From Defluviicoccus sp. (GTDB lineage Bacteria > Pseudomonadota > Alphaproteobacteria > MPNO01): a stretch of DNA of 64,000 bases. The stretch covers positions 1,181-65,180 of the forward strand of contig JAJDVM010000319.1 in NCBI GenBank assembly GCA_022826125.1, in the 5' to 3' direction. The notes beneath the pieces were generated by a model. The model was given only the letters and a program-made list of their open reading frames with translations, was not told the origin of the DNA and did no database searches. Positions 1-8,888 of this stretch are shown in pieces (the stretch's first letter is position 1; every line of letters begins with the position of its first letter). Made by a program: the position numbers and the translations under genes.

Positions 1-332
1 TCAGGATCGCAAATGCCGGCACGGAGGACGATCGGCTAGTCCAAGTTTCCGCACCGGTCGCGGAACGTGTCGAGTTGCATACCCACACGATGAGCGACGG
101 CGTGACGCGTATGCGGAAGGTGGACGCGGTCTCGATTCCCGGCGGCAAGTCGGCCGCACTGAAGCCGGGCGGCCACCATGTGATGCTGATCGGGTTGCGC
201 GCTCCGCTGAAGAAAGGCGAAACGTTCCCGCTGACGCTCACCTTCGACAAGGCGGGCACGATTACCGTAACCGTGGCCGTGGGCTCGATCGCCGCGCGCG
301 GCCCCGCCATGAAGCACCACGACCACAAGTGA
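1..332 (+). CDS. PCu(A)C-type periplasmic copper chaperone (DUF461), 5' end cut by window edge
   Basis: Frame 3 is open from nt 3. Translation ...RLVQVSAPVAERVELHTHTMSDGVTRMRKVDAVSIPGGKSAALKPGGHHVML... fits the H-x10-M-x21-H-x-M copper-binding pattern exactly, followed by the usual FPLTLTFDKAG beta-sandwich end and a His-rich tail. Confidence 0.8.
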   Translation, partial: RIANAGTEDDRLVQVSAPVAERVELHTHTMSDGVTRMRKVDAVSIPGGKSAALKPGGHHVMLIGLRAPLKKGETFPLTLTFDKAGTITVTVAVGSIAARGPAMKHHDHK

Positions 333-340
333 GCAGGGCT

Positions 341-1543
341 TCAGCTGGCCTCCGGCTTCCGCCGATATACCACCCGGGCTTCGGCGAGGCGTGAAACCTC
401 TGCCTCGTCGTAGCCGAGCTCCTCCAGAATCGTCGTGTTGTCCGCCCCGAGCCGGGGTGCGACGGAGCGGATCCCGGCCGGAGTTTCGGTGAACCGGGCC
501 GCCGGCCGGGGCTGGCGCACCGGGCCCAGCTCCGGGTCGTCGCGCACTTCGACGATCCCGTTCTCGATCACCTGCGCGTCCTCGATCACCTCGCCGCGCT
601 TCAGCACCGGCGCGGCGGGGACCGTCTCGCGGTCGAGGCGTTCGAGGATTTCTGCCGTCGGCCACTTGGCGATCTCCTCGTTCATGATCGTGCGGCGCTC
701 GGTCCGGTTTTGGCCGCGCGCGGCGGCGGTCTTGAAGCGCGGGTCCTCGATCAACTCCTCGCGGCCGAAGGCGCGGCACACGCCGGCCCATTCCGCGTTG
801 GAGATGACGGCCGCGGTGATATAGCCGTCCTTCGTCCTGAAGATCAGGTCGGGACCCGCCTGCTGGCGAGCGGGATCCTGCTCGTTGTCGAGGAAGGTGA
901 GCGGCGAGCTCGCCTCCGGCCACAGATAGGCGACCATGGTATCCAGCATGGCGAGCCGGACGTGCTGCCCCTTGCCGGTGCGCTCGCGCGCGAACAGCGC
1001 CGCCGTGATGGCCTGCGCCGCGGTCACCGAGGTCGTCTTGTCGGGGACGATGGTCCGCACCATGCGCGGCCGGCCGGTCTCGTTGTCGGTCTGGATGTCG
1101 CACAGCCCGGAGAGTGCCTGAATGACCCCGTCATAGACCCGCTGATGCGCATAGGGCCCCGTCTCGCCGAATCCGCTGATCGAGACAAAGATTATGTCGG
1201 GCCTGAGCGCACGCACGACGTCTTCACCGAGCCCCATGCGCTCGATCGCGCCGGGTCGGAAATTCTGCACCAGCACGTCCGCGGTCGCGGCGAGCTTGCG
1301 GACGATGGCGAGCCCCTCGTCTGTCTTGAGGTCGACGCAGAGCGAGCGCTTCGACCGGTTGCAGGAGAGAAACGACGCCGACATGCCGCGGTGAATGACG
1401 CCGTATTGCCGCATGATGTCGCCCGCTGGCGACTCGATCTTGATCACCTCCGCGCCCTGGTCGGCGAGCATCATGGTCGCCACCGGTCCCGAGACCATCG
1501 TGGTCAGGTCGAGAACGCGGATACCGTCGAGGGGGCCGGGCAC
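341..1543 (-). CDS. Family III (CaiB/BaiF/Frc-type) CoA-transferase
   Basis: 400-aa ORF. N-terminus GIRVLDLTTMVSGPVATMMLADQGAEVIKIESP is the family III CoA-transferase signature. GTG start lies behind GGAGG, 3 nt after the upstream GST stop. Confidence 0.88.
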   Translation of the reverse strand: MPGPLDGIRVLDLTTMVSGPVATMMLADQGAEVIKIESPAGDIMRQYGVIHRGMSASFLSCNRSKRSLCVDLKTDEGLAIVRKLAATADVLVQNFRPGAIERMGLGEDVVRALRPDIIFVSISGFGETGPYAHQRVYDGVIQALSGLCDIQTDNETGRPRMVRTIVPDKTTSVTAAQAITAALFARERTGKGQHVRLAMLDTMVAYLWPEASSPLTFLDNEQDPARQQAGPDLIFRTKDGYITAAVISNAEWAGVCRAFGREELIEDPRFKTAAARGQNRTERRTIMNEEIAKWPTAEILERLDRETVPAAPVLKRGEVIEDAQVIENGIVEVRDDPELGPVRQPRPAARFTETPAGIRSVAPRLGADNTTILEELGYDEAEVSRLAEARVVYRRKPEAS

Positions 1544-1546
1544 GGT

Positions 1547-2203
1547 TCACACCTCCGGCACGTCGCGCCCGCCATAGTTCCGCGGGTAGGTCTCCGCGTA
1601 GGCGGGGCGCGCTCGCATGCGGACGCGGTAGTCGCGCAGGAATTCCGGAATCGGGAGCTCATAGCGCTGAGCCGTGTCGAGACACGACATGAAGAGAATG
1701 TCGGCGATGCTGATCTTCTCCCCCATCAGGAACGGGCCCGCTTCCGCGATCCGCTCTTCCATGCATTCGAGTTGGTGGTCGAAATATTCGATCGCCGCGC
1801 GGACGGCGATCGGCGAGGCGCCGTATTCCTGGACCAACTCGCCGTGGCGCCGGATGTTGTAGATCGCGTTGGCGTCGAGCTCGCTCATCGTGAAGAAGCA
1901 CCATTCGAGCAGCCGCGCCCGCCCGAGAGCGTCGTCCGGGACGTAGAAGTCATCCGGCACCGGAAACGTCTCGGTCATGTAGGTCATGATCGCGGCGCTC
2001 TCGGTCAGGCAGATGTCGCCGTGGACGATCGCCGGGATCTTGTGGCGCGGGTTGATCGCCAGGAATTCCTCGGTCTTCGTCTCGCCGGTGCGCGGGCCGA
2101 TCGGGCGATGCTCGTAGTCGAGGCCGAGCTCTTCCGCGAGCCACAGCGTGCGGTGGGTCCGGTTCGTGCCGGCGCCCCAGAGGACCAGCTTCTCCGTCGT
2201 CAT
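1547..2203 (-). CDS. Glutathione S-transferase family protein
   Basis: 218-aa product from ATG 2201-2203, inside a longer Arg-rich track ORF. Thioredoxin-like N-domain (HKIPAIVHGDICLTESAAIMTYM) plus a helical C-domain. Confidence 0.8.
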   Translation of the reverse strand: MTTEKLVLWGAGTNRTHRTLWLAEELGLDYEHRPIGPRTGETKTEEFLAINPRHKIPAIVHGDICLTESAAIMTYMTETFPVPDDFYVPDDALGRARLLEWCFFTMSELDANAIYNIRRHGELVQEYGASPIAVRAAIEYFDHQLECMEERIAEAGPFLMGEKISIADILFMSCLDTAQRYELPIPEFLRDYRVRMRARPAYAETYPRNYGGRDVPEV

Positions 2204-2265
2204 GTCGTTACTCCCAAAGCGCTCGCACAGTAGAGCATGGCTTTTCGAAATCGAAGCCGCGGAAC

Positions 2266-3198
2266 TCAACCGATCGCACGCAGGACACGGGCAATTTCCT
2301 CCGCTTCGGTGACGCCCGCGACGATCACCTGCTCGAGGCCGGCGTCGCGGTATTCGCTGATACGCGCGCGCACGGTTTCTTCGGTTCCGCACGCGGCGTG
2401 CGCGGCAAGTACCTCGCGGCCGATCAGGCGTTCCACCCCGGCCCAGTCCTCCGCCGCATAGGCCGCGCGGAGCGCGTCCTGGTCCAGATCGACACCTGCC
2501 GCCTCCAGGTTGGGGCCGTGATGGGCGCCGCGCAGCACGAAGCCGATCGCCCGCTTGAGCTCCGACGGGGCTTCGCCGATCCGGGTGTAGACCTGCCCGT
2601 ACCGTGCCGCGTCGCTCTTTCCGAGCCTCGTGATGCACTGGCGAAGGAATGGAACCGAGACCGTCGTCGACAGCAGAACGCCGTCGGCCTCGCGGCCCGC
2701 GAGCGCCAGCATGCGCGGTCCCGATGCGGCAAGGACGATGGGGATGTCGCGCGGCGCGTTGATCAGACCGCGGCCGCCGAGCCGGTAGATCGTGCCCCGG
2801 TGGTCCAGGGTCTCGCCCGCGTACAGGCGGCGGCAGATCTCGATCGACTCCGCGATCCGGGACAGCGGACGCTCGGCCACGATGCCGGCGGCGTCGAGAT
2901 CGCCCGGCGCGCCCACGCCGAGCGAGAGCAGCACGCGGCCGGGATAAAGCTCGTCCAGCGTCGCCGCCGTCATCGCGGCGTAGACCGGGTGGATCGAGAA
3001 CGGGCTCAACGCCATCAACGCAACCTCGAGCTTTTCGGTCGCCGCCAGCGCGGCGCCGGCCAGCGCCACCGGATCCCGCAGGAACAGGTGCGTCGCGATC
3101 CACAGCGTCCTGGCGCCGCCCGCTTCGGCCGCGCGGGCCTGCGCCGCGATCTCGCGCGCGGGCGAAAAACAGTCCAGCGATACCCCGAGGTCAGACAT
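2266..3198 (-). CDS. LLM-class (luciferase-like) flavin/F420-dependent oxidoreductase
   Basis: 310-aa product from ATG 3196-3198. TIM-barrel LLM pattern (LWIATHLFLRDP, LSLGVGAPG, VLAASGPRMLALAGREADGVLL). The 5' extension in the track ORF is Arg/Pro-rich junk. Confidence 0.8.
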   Translation of the reverse strand: MSDLGVSLDCFSPAREIAAQARAAEAGGARTLWIATHLFLRDPVALAGAALAATEKLEVALMALSPFSIHPVYAAMTAATLDELYPGRVLLSLGVGAPGDLDAAGIVAERPLSRIAESIEICRRLYAGETLDHRGTIYRLGGRGLINAPRDIPIVLAASGPRMLALAGREADGVLLSTTVSVPFLRQCITRLGKSDAARYGQVYTRIGEAPSELKRAIGFVLRGAHHGPNLEAAGVDLDQDALRAAYAAEDWAGVERLIGREVLAAHAACGTEETVRARISEYRDAGLEQVIVAGVTEAEEIARVLRAIG

Positions 3199-4426
3199 CG
3201 AAACCGTAATGTTCCCCCAGTGCACGGCGAAGGTCGTCGAGGTCGGCTTTGACCGAGGGTACCGGAGCGGATGGCGCCGCGCCCACGTCCTTGAGGCCGG
3301 AGGCGGTGGCGATCGCGACAACCGTGTCGCCACGCCGGATCGTCCCCGCGACGCCGAGCCGTTCGATGGCGGCGAAAGCCGCGGCCGAGGATGCTTCGAC
3401 GAACAGGCCCGCGCCCCGCGCGAGCGTCTCTCGCGCCCCCAGGATTGCCGCGTCGTCGAGGGCCACGGCAATCCCGTCCGTCCGGCGGAGCGCGATCAAT
3501 GCCTGTGCGGTGCTGCGCGGGATGTCGATGGAGGTCGCGACGGAGCCGGCGTCGCGGTCTACGGCAGGGGGCATCGGATCGTCCGTAGAAAGCGCCGAGG
3601 AGAGCGATCCCGAGACCTCCGCCGCGACCAGACGGGGCATCCCGCCTGTCCACCCCCACCGACGCATCTCGTCGAACCCTTTCCACAGCCCGAACAGCGC
3701 ATCGCCGTAGCACACCGGGAGAACGCACCAGTCCGGCACGCACCAGTCGAGCCCTTCCGCGATTTCGTATGCCAGCGTCTTGTATCCCTCGATTCCGATA
3801 GAGTTGCTTCCCGCCGTGGGTCCGAAAAAGGGCGAGGTCGGGAACCAGCCGAATTTCTCCACCGCCCGCGACAGGATGTGCCAGCGATCTTCCTTCTCCG
3901 CGCATTCGAGAACCATTGCGCCTGCCGCCCGGATTTGCTCCACCATGGGACCCGCGGCGCCCTTGAAGGTGAGCACCACGCAGGGGAGGCCCGCGCGCGC
4001 GGCATAGGACGCGGCCGCCGCGCCGGCATTGCCCGACGAGCTGGTAGCGATGACTCCGGCGCCGGCGGAGACCGCCCAGGAGACCGCGACGCTCGCCAGT
4101 CGGTCCTTGAAGGACCATGTCGGGTTGCGGGTCTCGTCCTTGACGAAAAGCGCCTCGCACCAGGGCGAGGCGATCGGAAGAAGCGGCGTCATTCCCTCCC
4201 CGAGGCTGATCGCCTGTCCGGCTTCCAGCGGCAACGTGTCCGCGAAGCGCCACAACGTTCGGGGAGCCGCCGGCAGGGCATCCCGGTCGGGTGAAGCCGA
4301 TTCGTCGTAGACGACGCCGAGATTCGCCGCCACCCCGTCTCTTTCGCAGACGCCGCAGGCGCGGTCCAAGCTCTCCAGCGGGTAGGAGCGTCCGCATCGG
4401 ATGCAGGAAAGCGACGTCGGTTTCAT
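3191..4426 (-). CDS. Fold-type II PLP enzyme of the threonine-synthase branch with N-terminal Cys4 ribbon
   Basis: N-terminal CIRCG...CGVC ribbon, PLP-lysine motif WSFKDR, glycine loop SSSGNAG. 8-nt overlap with the downstream LLM gene. Confidence 0.8.
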   Translation of the reverse strand: MKPTSLSCIRCGRSYPLESLDRACGVCERDGVAANLGVVYDESASPDRDALPAAPRTLWRFADTLPLEAGQAISLGEGMTPLLPIASPWCEALFVKDETRNPTWSFKDRLASVAVSWAVSAGAGVIATSSSGNAGAAAASYAARAGLPCVVLTFKGAAGPMVEQIRAAGAMVLECAEKEDRWHILSRAVEKFGWFPTSPFFGPTAGSNSIGIEGYKTLAYEIAEGLDWCVPDWCVLPVCYGDALFGLWKGFDEMRRWGWTGGMPRLVAAEVSGSLSSALSTDDPMPPAVDRDAGSVATSIDIPRSTAQALIALRRTDGIAVALDDAAILGARETLARGAGLFVEASSAAAFAAIERLGVAGTIRRGDTVVAIATASGLKDVGAAPSAPVPSVKADLDDLRRALGEHYGFDV

Positions 4427-4459
4427 GCCCTCTACCCGTTCACGCCGCTCGCCGGGCGC

Positions 4460-5464
4460 TCAATCATGGTCGCCGCCGAGGTCGATGATGGTGCCGGCGC
4501 CGGCGTCGATTGCCCGGCGCTCGATATGCTGGGCGGTGATCAGGTCCTGTATCGGCAGCCCGAGCGACTTGTAATAGGTAATTTCTCCTTCCGTTTCGCG
4601 GCCGGGCCGGGCACCGGCGATGATCTCGGCGATCCCGGCGATGTCCTCCTTCCGGATCGCGCCTTCCGAGAGCGGGATGGTCAGGTCGCCCGCGTTGGCC
4701 AGGCTGTCGGCCGGGCTGTCGATGACGAGCTTTCCCGCGCGTCGCACCATTTCCGTATCGACCTCGCGGGCGGTCGCCACATTCGCACCGGCCGCCGCCA
4801 CGAAGGTCCCGGGACGGAGATCGCGGCCGAACAGGACGGGTTCCGACGAAGTCGTCGCCGCGACCACGATGTCCGCGTCGCCCACCGCCTCGGCCGTCGA
4901 GCGCGCCACGGCCACGTCGTCCGGCAGGTCGTCCGCCTCCCTTATCCACGTCGCGAAGGCGCGCGCGCGGGTCTCGCTTCGCCCCGCGACCAGCACGCAC
5001 TCCAGATCGTGGGTCCGGGCGAGCGCCTGGAGCTGGTTGCGCGCGACCCGACCGGCGCCGACGACGGCCACGACGTGGGAATTGGCGCGTGCGAGGCGGC
5101 GCGCGGCGGCGCCGGTTCCGGCTCCTGTCCTGAGGTCCGTCAGGTAACCGCCCTCCATGACGGTGCGCGGATGTCCGGTCTCTCCGTCGAACAGCGTCAC
5201 GATCGCCGACATCCGGGCGACGCCGCGTCCGGTGTTGCCGAAGAAGTCGGAGACCACCTTGACGCCGTACCCCCCGCCGTCCTTCAGGAAGGACGGGTTG
5301 AAGATGGCGACGCCGGGCGGCGTTTCGGAGACCACGAAGCTGCGAAGCCCCTCCACGCTCTCGCGGGCCGCGAGCCGGGTAAAGGCCTCCTCCTGTATCG
5401 GGATCGCCGCGTCCATGTCGATCAACGACCGGACATCGTTCTCGGTCAGGATTCGAAGCCGCAC
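4460..5464 (-). CDS. Ornithine cyclodeaminase / mu-crystallin family protein
   Basis: N-terminus RILTENDVRSLIDMD and Rossmann VVGAGRVARNQL are typical of the family. Start placed at GTG 5462-5464 behind GGGGAGGG. The track ORF starts 7 codons earlier, at 5485. Confidence 0.85.
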   Translation of the reverse strand: MRLRILTENDVRSLIDMDAAIPIQEEAFTRLAARESVEGLRSFVVSETPPGVAIFNPSFLKDGGGYGVKVVSDFFGNTGRGVARMSAIVTLFDGETGHPRTVMEGGYLTDLRTGAGTGAAARRLARANSHVVAVVGAGRVARNQLQALARTHDLECVLVAGRSETRARAFATWIREADDLPDDVAVARSTAEAVGDADIVVAATTSSEPVLFGRDLRPGTFVAAAGANVATAREVDTEMVRRAGKLVIDSPADSLANAGDLTIPLSEGAIRKEDIAGIAEIIAGARPGRETEGEITYYKSLGLPIQDLITAQHIERRAIDAGAGTIIDLGGDHD

Positions 5465-5555
5465 CGTCGGCCCTCCCCGGTCCACTGATAGGAGCGGGGC
5501 GGCCCCGGGTCAACGCGCGCCCGGTATGGCATAGTCCCGCGCAAAGGAGGCCCGG

Positions 5556-6914
5556 GTGGCGCTGCTCGCGATACACAACGCGCGTCTGGTGACCGAGGCG
5601 TGGGAACGGCCCGGCGGCATCGTCGTCGGCCACGACGGGCGGATCGAGGCGCTGGTGGACGCGGAGGCCCGGCCCGATGCCGAAACCGTCATCGACGCGC
5701 GTGGGCGGCTCCTGTTTCCGGGCTTCGTCGACGCGCACGTCCATATGCGCGATCCGGGCTATCCGCAGAAGGAGACCTTCGCCACGGGCACCGTGGCGGC
5801 GGCCTGCGGCGGGGTAACCACGGTGATGTGCATGCCGAACACCGACCCGCCGGCCGACTCCGCCGAGGGGATCGAGGCCGTGCGCGCCGCCGGAGAGGGG
5901 ACGAGCCTGGTGGATTTCACGATCCAGGCCGGGGTTACGCACGACAATATCGGCGATATTCCGGCTCTGTGGGATGCCGGCGTGACATCCTTCGAGGCGT
6001 TACTGTCGGATGCGCCGGCATCGATGCTGCTGGACAGCGACGGGCTGATCCGGGCGGCCGAGGCGGTTGCCGCCTGCGGCGGCGTGATCGGGGTCTATAC
6101 CGGAGACCGGTCGCTGGTCGAGGCCGCGCTCGTCCGCCTCGCCCCACGAACCGATTTCGCCGCGTTCGCCGAGGCGCGTGCGCCCGTCGGCGAAGCCATG
6201 GGGCTCGCCCGCCTGATCGAGGCCGCGCGCGCGACGAAGGCGCGGATCGTCGCGCGCCAAGTCTGCACCGCCCGCGGCTTCGCGATGATCGAGGATGCCC
6301 GGCGGGGCGATCCATCGCTTTCCATCGCCGCCGAGGTGACGCCCCACCACTTCCGTCTCGACACGGGCGCGGTCGACCGGCACGGGCCGTTCGCCCTGAT
6401 GGTGCCCCCGCTGCGCGCGTCCGACGACCGTCAGGCTTGCCGCAAGGCTCTCGCGTCGAATGCGGCCGACTTCGTCGGGTCGGACCACGCGCCGCACGCG
6501 GCCGACGAAAAGGACCGCTCCACCCCCTGGCAGGTCCCGGGCGGCACGCCCGGGCTCGATACCATCGTCCCGGCGACGGTCGATCTCGCCGCGTCGGGTG
6601 AGATCCCCTGGACCCGCGTTGCCGCGGCGCTGTCCTCGGTGCCCGCGCGACTGTTCGGGATCGCCCACCGCAAGGGCCGGCTCGCCGTGGGCGCCGACGG
6701 CGATCTGGTGCTGATCGACCCCGAGCTTGCGAAAACCGTCGATACCGGTGCGATTCGCTCCCGCGCCCGGCGCTCGCCTTTCGAAGGAATGACGCTCACC
6801 GGCTGGCCGGTGCTCACGGTGTTGCGCGGCCGCGTGATCGCAAAAGACGGGCGCCATGCGGCGGACGAGCCCTGCGGGCGCTGGCTGCGCCGTGGCGCGG
6901 TCGACTGGAGCTAA
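5556..6914 (+). CDS. Cyclic amidohydrolase (dihydroorotase/allantoinase/hydantoinase-like)
   Basis: 452 aa. Metal-binding HxH (FPGFVDAHVHMRDPG), later GSDHAPH and GGTPGLD. GTG start behind AAGGAGG. Confidence 0.85.
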   Translation: MALLAIHNARLVTEAWERPGGIVVGHDGRIEALVDAEARPDAETVIDARGRLLFPGFVDAHVHMRDPGYPQKETFATGTVAAACGGVTTVMCMPNTDPPADSAEGIEAVRAAGEGTSLVDFTIQAGVTHDNIGDIPALWDAGVTSFEALLSDAPASMLLDSDGLIRAAEAVAACGGVIGVYTGDRSLVEAALVRLAPRTDFAAFAEARAPVGEAMGLARLIEAARATKARIVARQVCTARGFAMIEDARRGDPSLSIAAEVTPHHFRLDTGAVDRHGPFALMVPPLRASDDRQACRKALASNAADFVGSDHAPHAADEKDRSTPWQVPGGTPGLDTIVPATVDLAASGEIPWTRVAAALSSVPARLFGIAHRKGRLAVGADGDLVLIDPELAKTVDTGAIRSRARRSPFEGMTLTGWPVLTVLRGRVIAKDGRHAADEPCGRWLRRGAVDWS

Positions 6915-6917
6915 GCG

Positions 6918-7631
6918 ATGTTCGGAGAAACGGGACGGATCGGGCTCGTCGTGCCGGCCAACAACGGGGTTCTCGAACCGGAGCTGTGGTCGGTCCTGCC
7001 CGACGGCGTTGCGCTCTACGCCACCCGGATCCTCGCGCGCGGAGAGCTGACCCCAGCCGCGGTGCACGCGATGGAGGAAAATGTCGACCGCGCGGTGGAC
7101 GAGCTGGCGGCGACGGGGGTCGACGTGATCGTCTACGCCGACATGGTGACGACGTTCATCATGGAGCCGGGATGGAACGAGACGCGCACCGCGGAAATCG
7201 CGGCGCGCACCGGCTGTCGGTGCATCTCGGCCTGGACGGCTCTGCGCGATGCGCTCGCGCATCTCCGCATTACCCGGTTCGCGTTAGGCACGCCCTACCC
7301 GGCGGCGATCCATGCGCTCGCGCCGCCGTTCTTCGCCGAGCGCGGGTTCTCGCTCACCGGTGACGCCACGCTCGACATCCGGCAGATGGCCGATGTCCCG
7401 CGGGTCGATGCCGGGCGGCTCCGCAAACTGGTCGCCGGGCTCGGTGTTGCGGATGCGGATGCGGTGCTGCTGCTCGCCACCGACCTGCCGACCTTCGCTT
7501 CGCTGGAAAGTCTGGCGGCGATGACCGGGCGGCCGGTGCTGAGCTCAAACCAGACGATTCTGTGGTCGGCGCTGCGTGCCGTCGGCAACGGCACGGCGCT
7601 CAAGTCACTGGGGCCCCTGTTTCGGGCCTGA
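6918..7631 (+). CDS. Asp/Glu/hydantoin racemase - maleate isomerase superfamily protein (EutA-like), non-canonical active site
   Basis: 237 aa. N-terminus GRIGLVVPANNGVLEPEL is typical of the maleate-isomerase/arylmalonate-decarboxylase branch. Starts 4 nt after the amidohydrolase stop. Confidence 0.75.
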   Translation: MFGETGRIGLVVPANNGVLEPELWSVLPDGVALYATRILARGELTPAAVHAMEENVDRAVDELAATGVDVIVYADMVTTFIMEPGWNETRTAEIAARTGCRCISAWTALRDALAHLRITRFALGTPYPAAIHALAPPFFAERGFSLTGDATLDIRQMADVPRVDAGRLRKLVAGLGVADADAVLLLATDLPTFASLESLAAMTGRPVLSSNQTILWSALRAVGNGTALKSLGPLFRA

Positions 7632-7642
7632 GGCGGCAGGAA

Positions 7643-7669
7643 GCGCCGGGCCGACCCCCGGCCCGGCGC
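7643..7669. terminator. GC-rich perfect hairpin between convergent genes (possible bidirectional terminator)
   Basis: gcgccgggcc-gaccccc-ggcccggcgc. The 10-bp perfect stem is extendable to 11 bp. It lies between the + strand stop at 7631 and the - strand stop at 7694. No clear U-tract. Confidence 0.45.
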
Positions 7670-7693
7670 AACTCAATCCCTGCAGGGCGTCCT

Positions 7694-8683
7694 CTACTTG
7701 AGGATCAGCCCGTGCTTTGCCTTGTCCGGAACCTTGTCGATGACGCCGCGCTTCTGGGCCATTTCGAGGAACGCCCATTGCGTGTCGATCACCTTCTCGT
7801 TCCACTCCGTCAGGAACACCCGCTTCTCGGACAACAGGCGCTTGTACACGTCGGCCTGGGCCTGGTTCTTCACCGCGGCGAGCTTGCCGTGCTTCTTCAC
7901 CGCGGCCGCGAGGTTCTCCGGCTTGCGCAGCCACTCCCAAGCCTCGTGCGAGGCTGCGACGAAGCGTTTGGCCCGGTCCGGATCCTCCTCGACCCAGCTA
8001 CGCCAGGCGACGATCGGAGCCGACCAGACCACCGGGTACCCGGTCTTCTCTTTCCAATAGGCGTTCGCCGAGAAGATCGAGCGGTACTTGTCCGGCTGCG
8101 CCAGGGCCGCGACGGTCAACGAGGAGATGTTGAACATCGAATCGACCTTGCCGCTCTCCAGGAACTTGAACAGCGCCGGCGCGGCGGCCTGCACGAAATC
8201 GGTGTCCTTGAGCACGTCGAGGCCGTAGGCGTCGAGCAGCGCCGCCCGGGTCGCCTTGAAGGCGCCCGCGCCGGTCGACCAGCTCGAGAACTTCTTGCCG
8301 CGAAGGTCGGGAACCGCCTTGAACGGGGTTTCGTTGCGGACCATGACCTCCTGCATCACCGTCAGCCCGCCGCCGATCACCACCCAGTCGAGACCCTTGT
8401 TGATACGGGCGATCGCCGCCGTGCCGGGGTAGTAGGTGACCATGCATTCCTTGGCGGGGAGGCCCGCGACGTGGCCGCGGAACGGCCGGGGATCGAGCTT
8501 CAGGTCGATCCCGTGTTTCTTGTAGATCCCCGCATCCTTGCCGCCGTAGGCGCTGAGGATGAAGACGCTGTTCCTCGGAACCGTGGTGTTCACGGTCTTG
8601 AGGGCCTGGGCCAACGCCGGCGCCGAGACCGCGACGGCCGCGAGAACGGAGAGGCCCCCGAGCAGCAAAGGCTTCTTGAACAT
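7694..8683 (-). CDS. Periplasmic substrate-binding protein, NMT1/THI5-like (NitT/TauT-type ABC SBP)
   Basis: Signal peptide MFKKPLLLGGLSVLAAVAVSAPALAQA. ATG 8681-8683 behind GGGAGGAA. The mature part has the size and pattern of NMT1-like binding proteins. Confidence 0.75.
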   Translation of the reverse strand: MFKKPLLLGGLSVLAAVAVSAPALAQALKTVNTTVPRNSVFILSAYGGKDAGIYKKHGIDLKLDPRPFRGHVAGLPAKECMVTYYPGTAAIARINKGLDWVVIGGGLTVMQEVMVRNETPFKAVPDLRGKKFSSWSTGAGAFKATRAALLDAYGLDVLKDTDFVQAAAPALFKFLESGKVDSMFNISSLTVAALAQPDKYRSIFSANAYWKEKTGYPVVWSAPIVAWRSWVEEDPDRAKRFVAASHEAWEWLRKPENLAAAVKKHGKLAAVKNQAQADVYKRLLSEKRVFLTEWNEKVIDTQWAFLEMAQKRGVIDKVPDKAKHGLILK

Positions 8684-8888
8684 TCTATTCCTCCCTTCGA
8701 TTTGTCCGGCGGCCCGCCTGGCCGGTCTCGGGAGGCGAACCGGTCCGTTCATGCTGGGTGGCGCCGGTGCAACTGTCAAGTCGCGCGACCGCCCGGGGCG
8801 CGCTCCTTGGCACGGTTCGGACCCCCCGCCATAATGCCGGCGGGCCGCGCGCGGCACCTGCGGCGCGGCGGAAAGCGGGGGGATCGGC

